DNA from: Candidatus Woesearchaeota archaeon
GTDB taxonomy: Archaea; Nanobdellota; Nanobdellia; Woesearchaeales; DSVV01
Assembly: GCA_038884615.1 (NCBI GenBank)
Contig: JAWABL010000004.1
Span: 4,479-68,478, forward strand
Direction of reading: 5' to 3'
Length of the DNA: 64,000 nt
Shown: one piece after another, positions 10,561 through 20,300 of the stretch
Position numbering within the stretch: the stretch's first letter is position 1
Layout: each line of letters starts with the position of its first letter
Notes under the pieces: model-generated
Told to the model about the DNA's origin: nothing
Databases searched by the model: none
The model's input: only the letters and a program-made list of their open reading frames with translations
Made by a program: the position numbers and the translations under genes

Positions 10561-10725
10561 GGCACCCTTCAAAATCTCGTTTTCGGTCGGTTTAACATCA
10601 TGTTGGCACTTTTCCATTCAAATCAAAATATCTGGTTCTCCGTATGGAACAACTCACTTCAAACCCATATATTGTTCCTGAATGTACATACGCGGTAGAT
10701 GCTAACACACTTTTTGAACGCAGCC
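10561..10725 (+). repeat. MITE-like repeat element, copy 1 (about 165 bp, imperfect terminal inverted repeats GGCnnCGTTCAAAA)
   Basis: About 93% identical to 24649-24813. It is the reverse complement of 59895-60059 and 61726-61889. It is non-coding and intergenic between the pilin and T2SSF genes. Confidence 0.8.
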
Positions 10726-10783
10726 GTATTTAAAAAACTAAATCTAAATATCAACACAGATAAGTATTAGTGTTGGTTATACA

Positions 10784-12376
10784 TTATGAAAAGATGCTTC
10801 CAAACAGCATTCCCATTATTTTTGACGCAAGAAAAAATATAATCATTGTTGCCAAAATAAATATTGGGAGATAGTGTAGCCCTTCTTTCACATCGCCTTT
10901 TCTTATTGTTGTAACAATGATACCAGAAAATAGGGAAGAAACTCCAAGACATGCGTAGATAAATATTCTATAGTCTTCAGGTTTGATATTATCGCTAGAT
11001 ATATTTATTGATATCATTCCCCCTCTTGGCATTGAACCCGCTGAACTTACGCCAGTGGCTATCTTCTGTACAATTAAAAGAAGCTGTTCTGATAGGGCAA
11101 AAAGTACTGGTGCGGCTATTATAGAGGCGAATGTTATGAAAATCGCATAGGTCATTACATTCGCGCTCATCTCTTTTTTCATCGCTCGTAGTTCGCTTAT
11201 GTTTATTGCAATCTTGTTAAGAAGTTCGCCCACATCTCCGCCAGACTCAGTGCCTTCAATTAAAAGGGTTATTGAGCGCTCAAGTATTGTAGAATCATAT
11301 CTTTTTGAAAAATCAATAAGTGCCTTGTTAAGGTCTTCGCCGCTGAGAGTCCTTTTTGCAACATCTTCTATTTCCTTTGCAAGAACACCAAATTTTGGCC
11401 TTACAGCAAACCAAAGTGCTCGGTCAATGGACATGCCCGCCCTTATGTTTGCAGATGTAAGCTGAAGAAAATCTGGCAGTACTTCTTCAATCATAAGCTT
11501 TCTTTGGTACATCCTAATATCAATATAAATCATAAAAGACAGCCAGATAACTACCCATATAAGGAAGAATCCAAGAGTCCCTAATAGTAGAATCATTAAA
11601 GCAATATGACTTAGCGAGTCGTCATGTGAAGCTAGCCTTATGATTACAAAGAGAGTTGCAATTGCTGTAATTACGCCTGAGACTGTAAGAATTATTTTTG
11701 GTACCTTTGCGGGCTCAAGCTCAAGCCCTGCCTTCTCCATGTGCTCAACAAGCCGCCTTTTTCTTGCAGGAGCTGTCAGCTTCTTCCTTGTCTCCTCTGT
11801 TTGTTTTCTGAATACTTTAGCAATTTCAATCCTTTCTTCCTTTTTTGCGTTGTTTAGGCCATCTTTCTGTTTGTTTGAAATCTTAAATCTACTTTTGACA
11901 TGATTTATGGCATTGAGCAGGAGAGACCCTTTTGATTTTTCTACTACATCTTCAGATTTTTTAGCAGATGGTGTATTCTCCTCTTGATTATCTACTACTT
12001 TTTCAGCCTTTTTTTCAAATGTTTCTTTTTGCTGTTCCTCTTTTTTCTCTTTAGAACTCTCTTTTAGTTTACCAAGCAAATTTCTATATAAACTCCAAGT
12101 AAACCCGGCCTTCTTTGTACTTTTTTCATCATTTTTTGCGACATTTGAAAGACTTTCTCCCATGCTTTCTCTGCGACTAACTTTAGAAACATCTAACTTA
12201 GACTCCTGTGTTTTCTTTGTTATTTCTGTTTTTTTTCTATTCATTCCAGCAGCATTAGTTTTCATATTACTGCTGACTTTTTTTTCTCTTTTATCGCCTT
12301 TCGTTCTCTTTCCTGTACTAACTGCCTTTCCTTTATATAGCATTCCATATGCGCTTTTGATATTTTTTTTAGCCAT
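10784..12376 (-). CDS. T2SSF-domain membrane protein (TadC/FlaJ-like) with a lysine-rich disordered N-terminal extension of about 230 aa
   Basis: The C-terminal half has a GspF/TadB/FlaJ-type domain (LPDFLQLTSANIRAGMSIDRALWFA...LLIEGTESGGDVGELLNKIA) flanked by TM helices. The N-terminal 230 aa are low-complexity K/E/S-rich. Confidence 0.7.
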   Translation of the reverse strand: MAKKNIKSAYGMLYKGKAVSTGKRTKGDKREKKVSSNMKTNAAGMNRKKTEITKKTQESKLDVSKVSRRESMGESLSNVAKNDEKSTKKAGFTWSLYRNLLGKLKESSKEKKEEQQKETFEKKAEKVVDNQEENTPSAKKSEDVVEKSKGSLLLNAINHVKSRFKISNKQKDGLNNAKKEERIEIAKVFRKQTEETRKKLTAPARKRRLVEHMEKAGLELEPAKVPKIILTVSGVITAIATLFVIIRLASHDDSLSHIALMILLLGTLGFFLIWVVIWLSFMIYIDIRMYQRKLMIEEVLPDFLQLTSANIRAGMSIDRALWFAVRPKFGVLAKEIEDVAKRTLSGEDLNKALIDFSKRYDSTILERSITLLIEGTESGGDVGELLNKIAINISELRAMKKEMSANVMTYAIFITFASIIAAPVLFALSEQLLLIVQKIATGVSSAGSMPRGGMISINISSDNIKPEDYRIFIYACLGVSSLFSGIIVTTIRKGDVKEGLHYLPIFILATMIIFFLASKIMGMLFGSIFS

Positions 12377-12507
12377 TATCTCTCTTTTTTTGTTTATTTT
12401 AATTTTTTCCTCTATTTTTATTGAGTGTATAAAATATATAATTCCTAAAATAATTCCTAGATTCTTGCTGTTATACTTATGTTACACACCCGTTATGCAT
12501 ATATTAA

Positions 12508-13335
12508 TTATAATTCTACTGACGGCCTTGAGCTCTTGATTATTGCGTAAAACATGAATTGTATAAAACCAAGCATTCCTGCAACCATCAATAAAAAAAC
12601 AAGGGAAAGCTTAAATCCTATGAAACTTGAGAAAATTATTAGCATTGTTGTTCCGAGTGAGGGAAGGATTACTGCTATCAGCATATAAAACATAGCCAGC
12701 GGATTAAGCTTTCTGCCATATTCCTCAACTTCAATTTTTTGCTCTCTTACAATCTGCTCAAGCACAGATGAAAGTGCAGTTGTTACATCTGCGCCTGTTT
12801 TTATAGAGTTAAGAATTTGCCAGAATATTTTTCTTAAGTTGTTGGATGGCACAATCTCAGTTGCCTCTGTTATTGCATCGTCCATAGATGTCCCTAGATT
12901 AACCTTCTCTACAATGGCACCATAGTATCTTCCTACTGCAGGATACGCCTTTGCTACATTAACAAACGCGTTGTATATGGGCACTCCTGATTCAATCTCT
13001 ATTATGATAAATCTAGTAGCAAAAACAATCTCTTTGTTTATGGCCTTTTCACGGCGTTTGATTTTTATATCGGGCACTCTCATCATATAAAAGAACATTA
13101 TTGCAACAGCTATGGGAAAGAGGACAAGGGTTATTTCTATGGGGACTCCAAATCCCTTTAGGATGCCTCCAAGAAAAAGCACAACAACCCCAAATGAAAG
13201 CATGAGAGAGATGATTAAAGTTTTTCTTACAAATTCTTCAGGTGAGTCAAGAATTTCTGCCTGGACAAGCTTGAGCTTTAAGCCAGGGTAGAAATCGCTT
13301 ATTTTATGAAAGATAAAATGTACAATGTTAATCAC
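12508..13335 (-). CDS. T2SSF-domain membrane protein (TadB/FlaJ-like, second half-size paralog)
   Basis: 275 aa with TM helices at both ends and a central cytoplasmic T2SSF-like domain (NKEIVFATRFIIIEIESGVPIYNAFVNVAK...). It lies directly adjacent to the ATPase gene. Confidence 0.7.
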   Translation of the reverse strand: MINIVHFIFHKISDFYPGLKLKLVQAEILDSPEEFVRKTLIISLMLSFGVVVLFLGGILKGFGVPIEITLVLFPIAVAIMFFYMMRVPDIKIKRREKAINKEIVFATRFIIIEIESGVPIYNAFVNVAKAYPAVGRYYGAIVEKVNLGTSMDDAITEATEIVPSNNLRKIFWQILNSIKTGADVTTALSSVLEQIVREQKIEVEEYGRKLNPLAMFYMLIAVILPSLGTTMLIIFSSFIGFKLSLVFLLMVAGMLGFIQFMFYAIIKSSRPSVEL

Positions 13336-15144
13336 CTAAGCAAGCTTTTTATTTGCTCTTACATACTTCAATAGATTTTCATAGTTTGTGTAGTACTCTG
13401 CCATTACTCTGCCTACTCCATCAACTGTATCTATGTTATTTCTAACAAGGTAGTTGAGCACCTCCTCCTTTGTCTTAAGAATGTTTTGTATCTCTTTTGG
13501 CGAATGCCCTGTAAAAAGCTGGAGTGTCTGCATAAGCGCCTTGCTTTCCTTTACTTTTTTAAGTTTATCTTCCTTTGGGTCGTACTGCATTATAACATTA
13601 ACTGATGCGTCAGGTAAAATTTCGGCTATCTGGAATGTTCTTCTAAGGCCAGTTCTCCTGTTTCTAAACTGAACAATTATAAGAGAAATTGCAGGCATCA
13701 TGCTTTTTGGAACCTCAATAGGGGGGTTAGTCAGCCTGTTTACGGTCTCCTCAGCTGTGTTTGCGTGGAATGTTGCATAGCAGCTGTGCCCAGTATGTAT
13801 TGCCTCAAAAAGAGTTTCAGCCTCTCTCTTCCTTCTTACCTCGCCTACAAGTATTCTATCTGGCCTCATTCTAAGGCTATTTACAAGAAGGTCTTCCATT
13901 GTTACTTCTCCTTTCCCTTCGGTGTTTGGAAGCCTTGTATTCATAGGGACCCAATGCAAAAACTTAGGTAGCCTTATTTCTCTTGTATCCTCTATAGATA
14001 TTATTCGTTGGTTGGGGGGGAAGAAGCTTGCAAGCACATTAAGCGCGCTTGTTTTTCCGCTTGCAGTTCCTCCAGCTATTATCGCAGAAAGCTCATACTG
14101 CATGCAAAGCCAGATAAGTGCAGCCGCTTCTGTGCTGATTGTATTGTGCTGCAAAAACTTTGTTATTGTAAATGGGTCTCTTGAAAACTTTCTTATCGTA
14201 ATTGTATTGCCTCTTGTTGATATAGGCATGATTGTAGCATTGACCCTGTCACCCTCTGAGAGATGGGCGTCTAGCAACGGCTCAAGTATGCTAATCTGTC
14301 TCCCTACCCTGCGGCCTATCATTGCTGCATAGTGCTTTGTCTGGTCGTCATTTGGCATGAATATATTTGACTTTAGCCAGCCGTGTTTCTTATGGTATAC
14401 CCAAACCGGTTCCTCAACGCTGTTTATTACTATCTCCTCAAGAGCAACATCATGCATTAATATGTCAATATTTCCCATTCCAAGACTCTTTTGTATAAGA
14501 TATGTTGTTAGATACCCCTTGGTCTCATCGTCGACATCAGGGAAATACTTTTTAACAAGAATTGCTATCGTTTCCTTGAACTTTTCTTCTACAATCCCTG
14601 TTTCCTTTGGGTTTATTATCTCAACCATTCCAAGGGTTACTTCCTTAATCAGCTTTTTTCTTATTTGCTCAAGTATCATCTCAGTAGTCTTGCTGATGCT
14701 TGCGATTGAGACCTCATATATAGGCACAAACTCTCCTTCTTTTGTATATACTCTTATTGTTATCGGCATATTATCGCAGTTAAAATGGTATTCGTCAAGA
14801 AGCCGTATTATTCTATCAGAATTCTCATCAAGTCTTTCCTGTTTATCAAACGCACTATGCTGATAATTTTTTTTGTTTAATTTCTTTTTATCTTTGGCAG
14901 TCCCCTGCTTTTCTTGTAAGGCATCACCACTTTTTGTTTGAGATGCGTCTCCTTCCAGATGCTCTTTTACCTCTTCCTTCACTGCGCCTAGTTTGCCTGC
15001 TTCCTTTTTGCTGGAAGTTTGTGTAGATACGCCGCTAGTCAACTCCTGCGAGTCTCTCCTTTTTTTCTCTTTCGTTTTTTTTGTTTCTGGACTCCAAACT
15101 AATTTTGATTTGCCATGTCCCCCTCTTTTTTTAACCATCTTCAA
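13336..15144 (-). CDS. Type II/IV secretion-system ATPase (FlaI/PilB/VirB11 family) with a basic disordered N-terminal extension of about 110 aa
   Basis: Walker A (AGGTASGKTSALN), an Asp box / Walker B (IISIEDTREI), a His box (AIHTGHSCYATFHA) and the VirB11/GspE core (RMRPDRILVGEVRRKREAE). The N-terminus is K-rich low complexity. Confidence 0.85.
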   Translation of the reverse strand: MKMVKKRGGHGKSKLVWSPETKKTKEKKRRDSQELTSGVSTQTSSKKEAGKLGAVKEEVKEHLEGDASQTKSGDALQEKQGTAKDKKKLNKKNYQHSAFDKQERLDENSDRIIRLLDEYHFNCDNMPITIRVYTKEGEFVPIYEVSIASISKTTEMILEQIRKKLIKEVTLGMVEIINPKETGIVEEKFKETIAILVKKYFPDVDDETKGYLTTYLIQKSLGMGNIDILMHDVALEEIVINSVEEPVWVYHKKHGWLKSNIFMPNDDQTKHYAAMIGRRVGRQISILEPLLDAHLSEGDRVNATIMPISTRGNTITIRKFSRDPFTITKFLQHNTISTEAAALIWLCMQYELSAIIAGGTASGKTSALNVLASFFPPNQRIISIEDTREIRLPKFLHWVPMNTRLPNTEGKGEVTMEDLLVNSLRMRPDRILVGEVRRKREAETLFEAIHTGHSCYATFHANTAEETVNRLTNPPIEVPKSMMPAISLIIVQFRNRRTGLRRTFQIAEILPDASVNVIMQYDPKEDKLKKVKESKALMQTLQLFTGHSPKEIQNILKTKEEVLNYLVRNNIDTVDGVGRVMAEYYTNYENLLKYVRANKKLA

Positions 15145-16295
15145 TCCTTTACAAGACTTAACAGTTTTTTGAGCTTGTTATGGAAGCTTTCTCTTTTTTT
15201 GTCTACCTCTACAAACTTTTTCTCAAGCTCTGAAATATGCTTTTTGACATCTGCGCTGTTTGATGCTAGATTGAATGCGGTAGCTTTCTTGATAAGATTG
15301 TTAAGCTCTTCGCGAAGGCTTATCCTTAGGGCATCGGTTTCTTCAAGGATTTTCTCAACCTCGTTCTTCCTGCTGAAGAAGGCTTCAAATTTCTTTGCCG
15401 CAGACTTTGCGTCCTGGGGAACATTTTGCATGCTTTTCTTTTTTTCCAGGACTTTTGCAAGCACATCTTGCTGCAAGGAGAGTATCTTTTTTTCACCCAT
15501 CTTGCTCTGCTCAATCAGAGGTTCTAGCTTTTTCTTTTCTTCAAGTATTCTGCTTTTTATTTTTTCAGCTGACTTTTCAAGAGCCTTTATATGCTCTTCA
15601 GTTATCTCTATTTTCTTGTCTTCTTGGTAGATGCTTTCGCGTATCTTTTTTATTATGTCTGAGAACTCGTCTAGCTTTTTAAGAAGCCCTGCTTCTTGTT
15701 CCTTAAGGCCCAACGACTGCGATTTTTCTTCTGCAAGCTTAACTCTTTCAAGCTCTATGTCATCAACAAGTTCCTGATATTTTGATTTTTCCTTTAAAAG
15801 CTCTTTCTCTAGCTCTTGTATCTTGTTTTTGAATGCTGCCTGTTGCTCAAGCAGCTGTTTGTCTATATTTTTCTTGAGTCGTTCGTAGTTTTCAAGCTCG
15901 GCGAGTTCCTGTTTTACGGAGTCTATATCGCTGCCTAGCTCCTTCTTAATGGCGGCGAACTCCTTTTTCAGGTTTTCAAGCCCTTCACATTCTCTGTCAA
16001 GCGTGGTTATTGCACTCTCTACCTTCCTTATAAACGCTTCCTTTGAGCTGTGGTATTCCTTCTCCTTTTTTGTTATCTCCTTTTTTGAAAGCTTTCTCTC
16101 AACAAGATAAGTTGTTGCGAGCTTGTACTCAAGGCTTATAATACCTTCCTCCTCAAGAAAATCCGCCCATTCATCAATAACTGCAGGAGAAACCCCCAGA
16201 ATCTTGGCAGCCTCGCTAGTAGATATTCTCGTTTTCTCATTTACCAGCTTAACAAGTTTGTCAACTCCTGTTTCAATAATTCCTCCTTTAACCAT
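15141..16295 (-). CDS. HTH-domain plus long coiled-coil protein encoded within the pilus operon
   Basis: The first ~70 aa (TRISTSEAAKILGVSPAVIDEWADFLEEEGIISLEY) look like a winged-HTH. The next ~300 aa are heptad-rich with E/K/L, consistent with coiled coil. There is a 4-nt overlap with the ATPase gene start. Confidence 0.5.
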   Translation of the reverse strand: MVKGGIIETGVDKLVKLVNEKTRISTSEAAKILGVSPAVIDEWADFLEEEGIISLEYKLATTYLVERKLSKKEITKKEKEYHSSKEAFIRKVESAITTLDRECEGLENLKKEFAAIKKELGSDIDSVKQELAELENYERLKKNIDKQLLEQQAAFKNKIQELEKELLKEKSKYQELVDDIELERVKLAEEKSQSLGLKEQEAGLLKKLDEFSDIIKKIRESIYQEDKKIEITEEHIKALEKSAEKIKSRILEEKKKLEPLIEQSKMGEKKILSLQQDVLAKVLEKKKSMQNVPQDAKSAAKKFEAFFSRKNEVEKILEETDALRISLREELNNLIKKATAFNLASNSADVKKHISELEKKFVEVDKKRESFHNKLKKLLSLVKD

Positions 16296-16391
16296 AAAGG
16301 CGACTTTAAACCTTCTTTCTTTAAAAATGTTTCTATGCGTTATATCTCTATGCTATATCTGCTGCTCTTTGCTATTATATCTCCTACGCAC

Positions 16392-17330
16392 TCACTCAAT
16401 GAGTTCTTCAACCTCATACCTTGCAAGATGTCCACTCTCGTTGTCCAGCCTAAACCAGTTGTATGTGTTTTTTATAAGATAGTGTTCTGGGCTTTCCTTG
16501 CTGAAATATATATAATCTATACAAGACTTGTTTAGTGTGTTTATATCATTTGCCTCGAGCTCAATAAGGTTTACAAGGCTTTCAATGCCGTACGGAGAGC
16601 TATTTAGGTCTCCTTTTAGCCTCATAAGATAACTCGGTGCACTTTGTGAGTCTATATATAATGAATTGTCAAGATGGTATAGAAGGTTTGTTGTGTCGTT
16701 ATTTGGTCCGACAAAATCGGTTATGCTGCTTTTTTCAATTGTATTTATCACTCTTCCAAATGTATTTACAGTGTATAGTGGGTCTTCAAACCCCACTATA
16801 CTGAGCGATGTGTTTATTCTCTTGTTTCGTGACCAGTAGGCAAGTCCGTTTCTGTCCTGTATATACTCTGTAACATCTAGCGATATTGTTAGTGTCCAAG
16901 GATCAGAATGGCTTATACTTATGTCATTAAGCGTGTAGTTGAAATATATCCCTGTCTTTACAGCCTCAACCCTTATTCTTTCAACCCATATACTTAGCTG
17001 TGTATCATTCATAACACTCATGTATTCGCCGTTTATTGTTCCGTTTATTATAATCTCCTCAATAACATCATCTGTGTCATAAAGGAACTCGCCTTTTGAT
17101 GTTATATACTGCTGGATTGCTAGCAGAGACCTAAATGACGCGATATAAACACCCCTCTCAATGTCCTTTTCTAGGTCATCAACAAAATGGTCTAGCGTTG
17201 TAACTCTGCTGTCAATTACAATTGCTTTGTCTCTTAAGCGCGTCTGATAATCTAGCGAGATGTACAAAAAGAGTAGAACTAAAAATACCATCGCTGTTAA
17301 TGTAAAGAAAAACCCTTTTTTCACTGCCAT
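16392..17330 (-). CDS. Pilin-like protein (class III signal peptide MAVKKGFFF-hydrophobic)
   Basis: The N-terminus MAVKKGFFFTLTAMVFLVLLFLYISL is nearly identical to the N-terminus of the giant downstream protein. The mature part is rich in N-x-S/T sequons. It overlaps the next gene by 10 nt. Confidence 0.5.
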   Translation of the reverse strand: MAVKKGFFFTLTAMVFLVLLFLYISLDYQTRLRDKAIVIDSRVTTLDHFVDDLEKDIERGVYIASFRSLLAIQQYITSKGEFLYDTDDVIEEIIINGTINGEYMSVMNDTQLSIWVERIRVEAVKTGIYFNYTLNDISISHSDPWTLTISLDVTEYIQDRNGLAYWSRNKRINTSLSIVGFEDPLYTVNTFGRVINTIEKSSITDFVGPNNDTTNLLYHLDNSLYIDSQSAPSYLMRLKGDLNSSPYGIESLVNLIELEANDINTLNKSCIDYIYFSKESPEHYLIKNTYNWFRLDNESGHLARYEVEELIE

Positions 17331-20300
17331 ACCCTCACCTCAACAATGGTTGGTCCCCAGAGGTAGGGTATATCCCTTACTACCTTAGCGTCAATGACTG
17401 CATCTTCCTCATGGAAATTTATAAACACTCTACCATCGTTATTGTAGTCAAGATGTGTAAGAAGCAGATGCATTGCTACATCATAACTATCGTCGGAGTC
17501 ATATCCGGATGAATCATGAGACGAGTTTGTATAAAAGCACTTCTTACTACCTGAATAACTGCTTGGGACACTGACGTTTGTGAGGGTTAAGTCTTCAAGC
17601 TCTATTGTCCAGTTGCAGCCCTCAGCCTTGTATTTTACTTCGCTGTATGGCAAAGTGAAGTTTACAACATTTATAAGCCCAGTATATAGGAATGTGTTGT
17701 TTACAGAGCAGTTGCTTGTATTTGTTGGCTCGTCACCCACATTTATTTTTATAGTGTTGGTTTCTCCTCTTACAATATATGAGGTGCTAAATGGGATAGC
17801 GAATGGGTCTCCCATATAACTATAGTCTGTGCTGAAACGGCTGAGGTTATAGAAAACAAAAGTTCCCATAGAGTTATTTATTGTAAGCAAGTCTGTCCAA
17901 TGCGTACCAGAGTATGATGTAACCGCAGCTTCAATAGGTCTTACCTGACTTGGAATAAAAACACTAAAAGTGCAATTCTCCGGATTTTTGTATTCAAAGA
18001 ATATAGGAACCTCTCCATATTGAACAGGCTGTGTATATGGGGTATAATTAAGCATTATGTAAGAGTCAGGGTACAGGTAGCTCTTCTCAAAATTACCCAC
18101 TATTGTTATAATTTGCTGGACTTTATATGAAAAGCTGTTGCTTAGCTTCTCGGCTATCTCGCTGTATATTAGAGAAAGTCCGCTTGGGTTGTCGCTTTCA
18201 TAGTAGTGTGTATTGTTTGTGGAATTATATTCTGGATCGCACAGCGCCGTTAGGTTAAGCGTTTTCCTGCCGCCGGTGCCTACAGAACCAAATGCTACTG
18301 TATAAATAGAAAGATTGTATTTTTTTTGATAGTAGCATGTAATGTTTATAAGCTGTTCTGCGGCGTCTTCGTCTCCGTCAGAGAATTCAGCCTGGTCGAT
18401 TTCAGGCAGGTCTGGGCATGGCACGCTAAGCTGGCCTATTGCGTCAGGACAGCATCCTGAACCAGCGCAGTTGTCGCAGCCATTGTCAACCATCCCTCCG
18501 TCATCAACGCAGACATTTGCCTCGCCATCGCTCATTAAAACCAGCGCTTTCTGCCTTTTTGTTGCGTTTGCATAAAGCCCGACTTGCAGTTTGCCATTGC
18601 TATCTGAGTTGTACAGCTTAATGCCCATGATGTTTTCGCCTTCATTTAGGAGCGCCTTGCTTATCTGTGTCACCCTGTTGTCTACATGCCCAGTATAGGA
18701 GTCTACAAGGTTTCCGTTTATATAGACATCAGCTCCATCGTCTGATGTTATATTAATATATACATTTTCATCAATTCCAGTTGCATCAAGGACAAAAAAT
18801 TTATTTCTATAAAATGTGTTATTACTAGTGTTTGTAAATACAAGCTGGATGTTGTCAAATGAAAACGAGCCTATCTCGCTTGACGAATCTCTTCTCAGTT
18901 TTCCGCCGATTGCAAGGTAATAGTATCCTTCACCTGTAATCCACTCTGTTATATCCTGGACAAAATGTCCGCTATGCTCATAGTCCGGGTCATCAGCAGA
19001 CCATATTTCTTCGCCGGCGTCACCGTCATCTGAAGACATTTCAGTACCAAGGTAGTGTTTGCTTCCTGTTCTGTTCATAAAAAAGCCTTTAACCCATACC
19101 TCATCAGAAGTTTCAAACACGCTGGAGCTTCCGTCGTCAGCAGCGTCCCATCTGTAGTTGAATGACAACAGCGCTTTTCCACCGTTGCTGTTCATCATGT
19201 CTATCATTTCGGGGGTTATGTTAATCTGTATGCCCCATGCGCCCGAGTTTGAGCCAGAACCTGAGCCGTTTACAACAAATTCAAGGTTTCCTGTCGCGTT
19301 ATAGTAAAAATCAGTATAATTACCATTATAGCCAAAAACACCCCCCTGCCAGTCCCAGCCATCGTCTGTGCTTTCTATTGAAGGAGTGTAGTTTATAGTT
19401 ACACCTATATCATCAAACGCAACCACCGTCCTGCTTGTTCCATTGCTTACGACTGCGCCACATAGGAGGTTATAGCTGAATGTATCGGATGTAATAAGGT
19501 TTGTTATATCTATAATCTCTTCCTTTGGTCTTTCTGTGTTGTTGTTTGCCGACCAGTTTACAGACCATACCTCTGTTTCTCCGATAGGGGAAGTAATGTT
19601 GCAAAAAAGGTATGCAGTTCCATTAAAGTAAAGGTCATTTGTGCTGTGCCTAAGTGTTAAAGATACATTATTTGGCGAAGATGTTGGGCTTGTGAATGTT
19701 TGGTTTACATATCCTATTCCGCCAACCCATGAGTCTACAATAAAATAGTCGGTCATTCCAAACACATTTGTGCTTACATTGATATAGTCAAAATCTGCGC
19801 CATAATTTCCATCGTCCATAGCCCATGCATAGACAGCGACGGTTCCATTGGCTAATGTGTTGTCATTTGCTTGTGCGATGAGCGTTGAACCCCTATAAAT
19901 TTTAATATTAGTCCCGGTAACCTCAATAATCATGTTATTCCAGTTATCAGTACTGAAACCGGATGATGAACCTTCGTTTGACCATAGTATAGTTCTTGTT
20001 CCGCTGTGTATCCTCTCAAGCCTGGAAAATAGTCCGCCGAAGTTGTCGTTGTCAATTCTGAATCTATAGTAGTTCTGGTTATCATTATACCTAAATAGCA
20101 GTCCTATGCAGTCGTTGTCGTTAGGTCTTATTCTTGCATTCACAGTATAGTCTTTCCAGTTGAATCCATTTCTGTAGTAAGCATATGGACCGTAACCGTC
20201 GTCCCTTGAGCCTGGTGCAGAGTTTGTTGATTCTACAAGATAATTGTTAAATATTTGCCAGTTTCCTCCGTTTGGAACCTCCATCCAGTTGCTCCCTATA

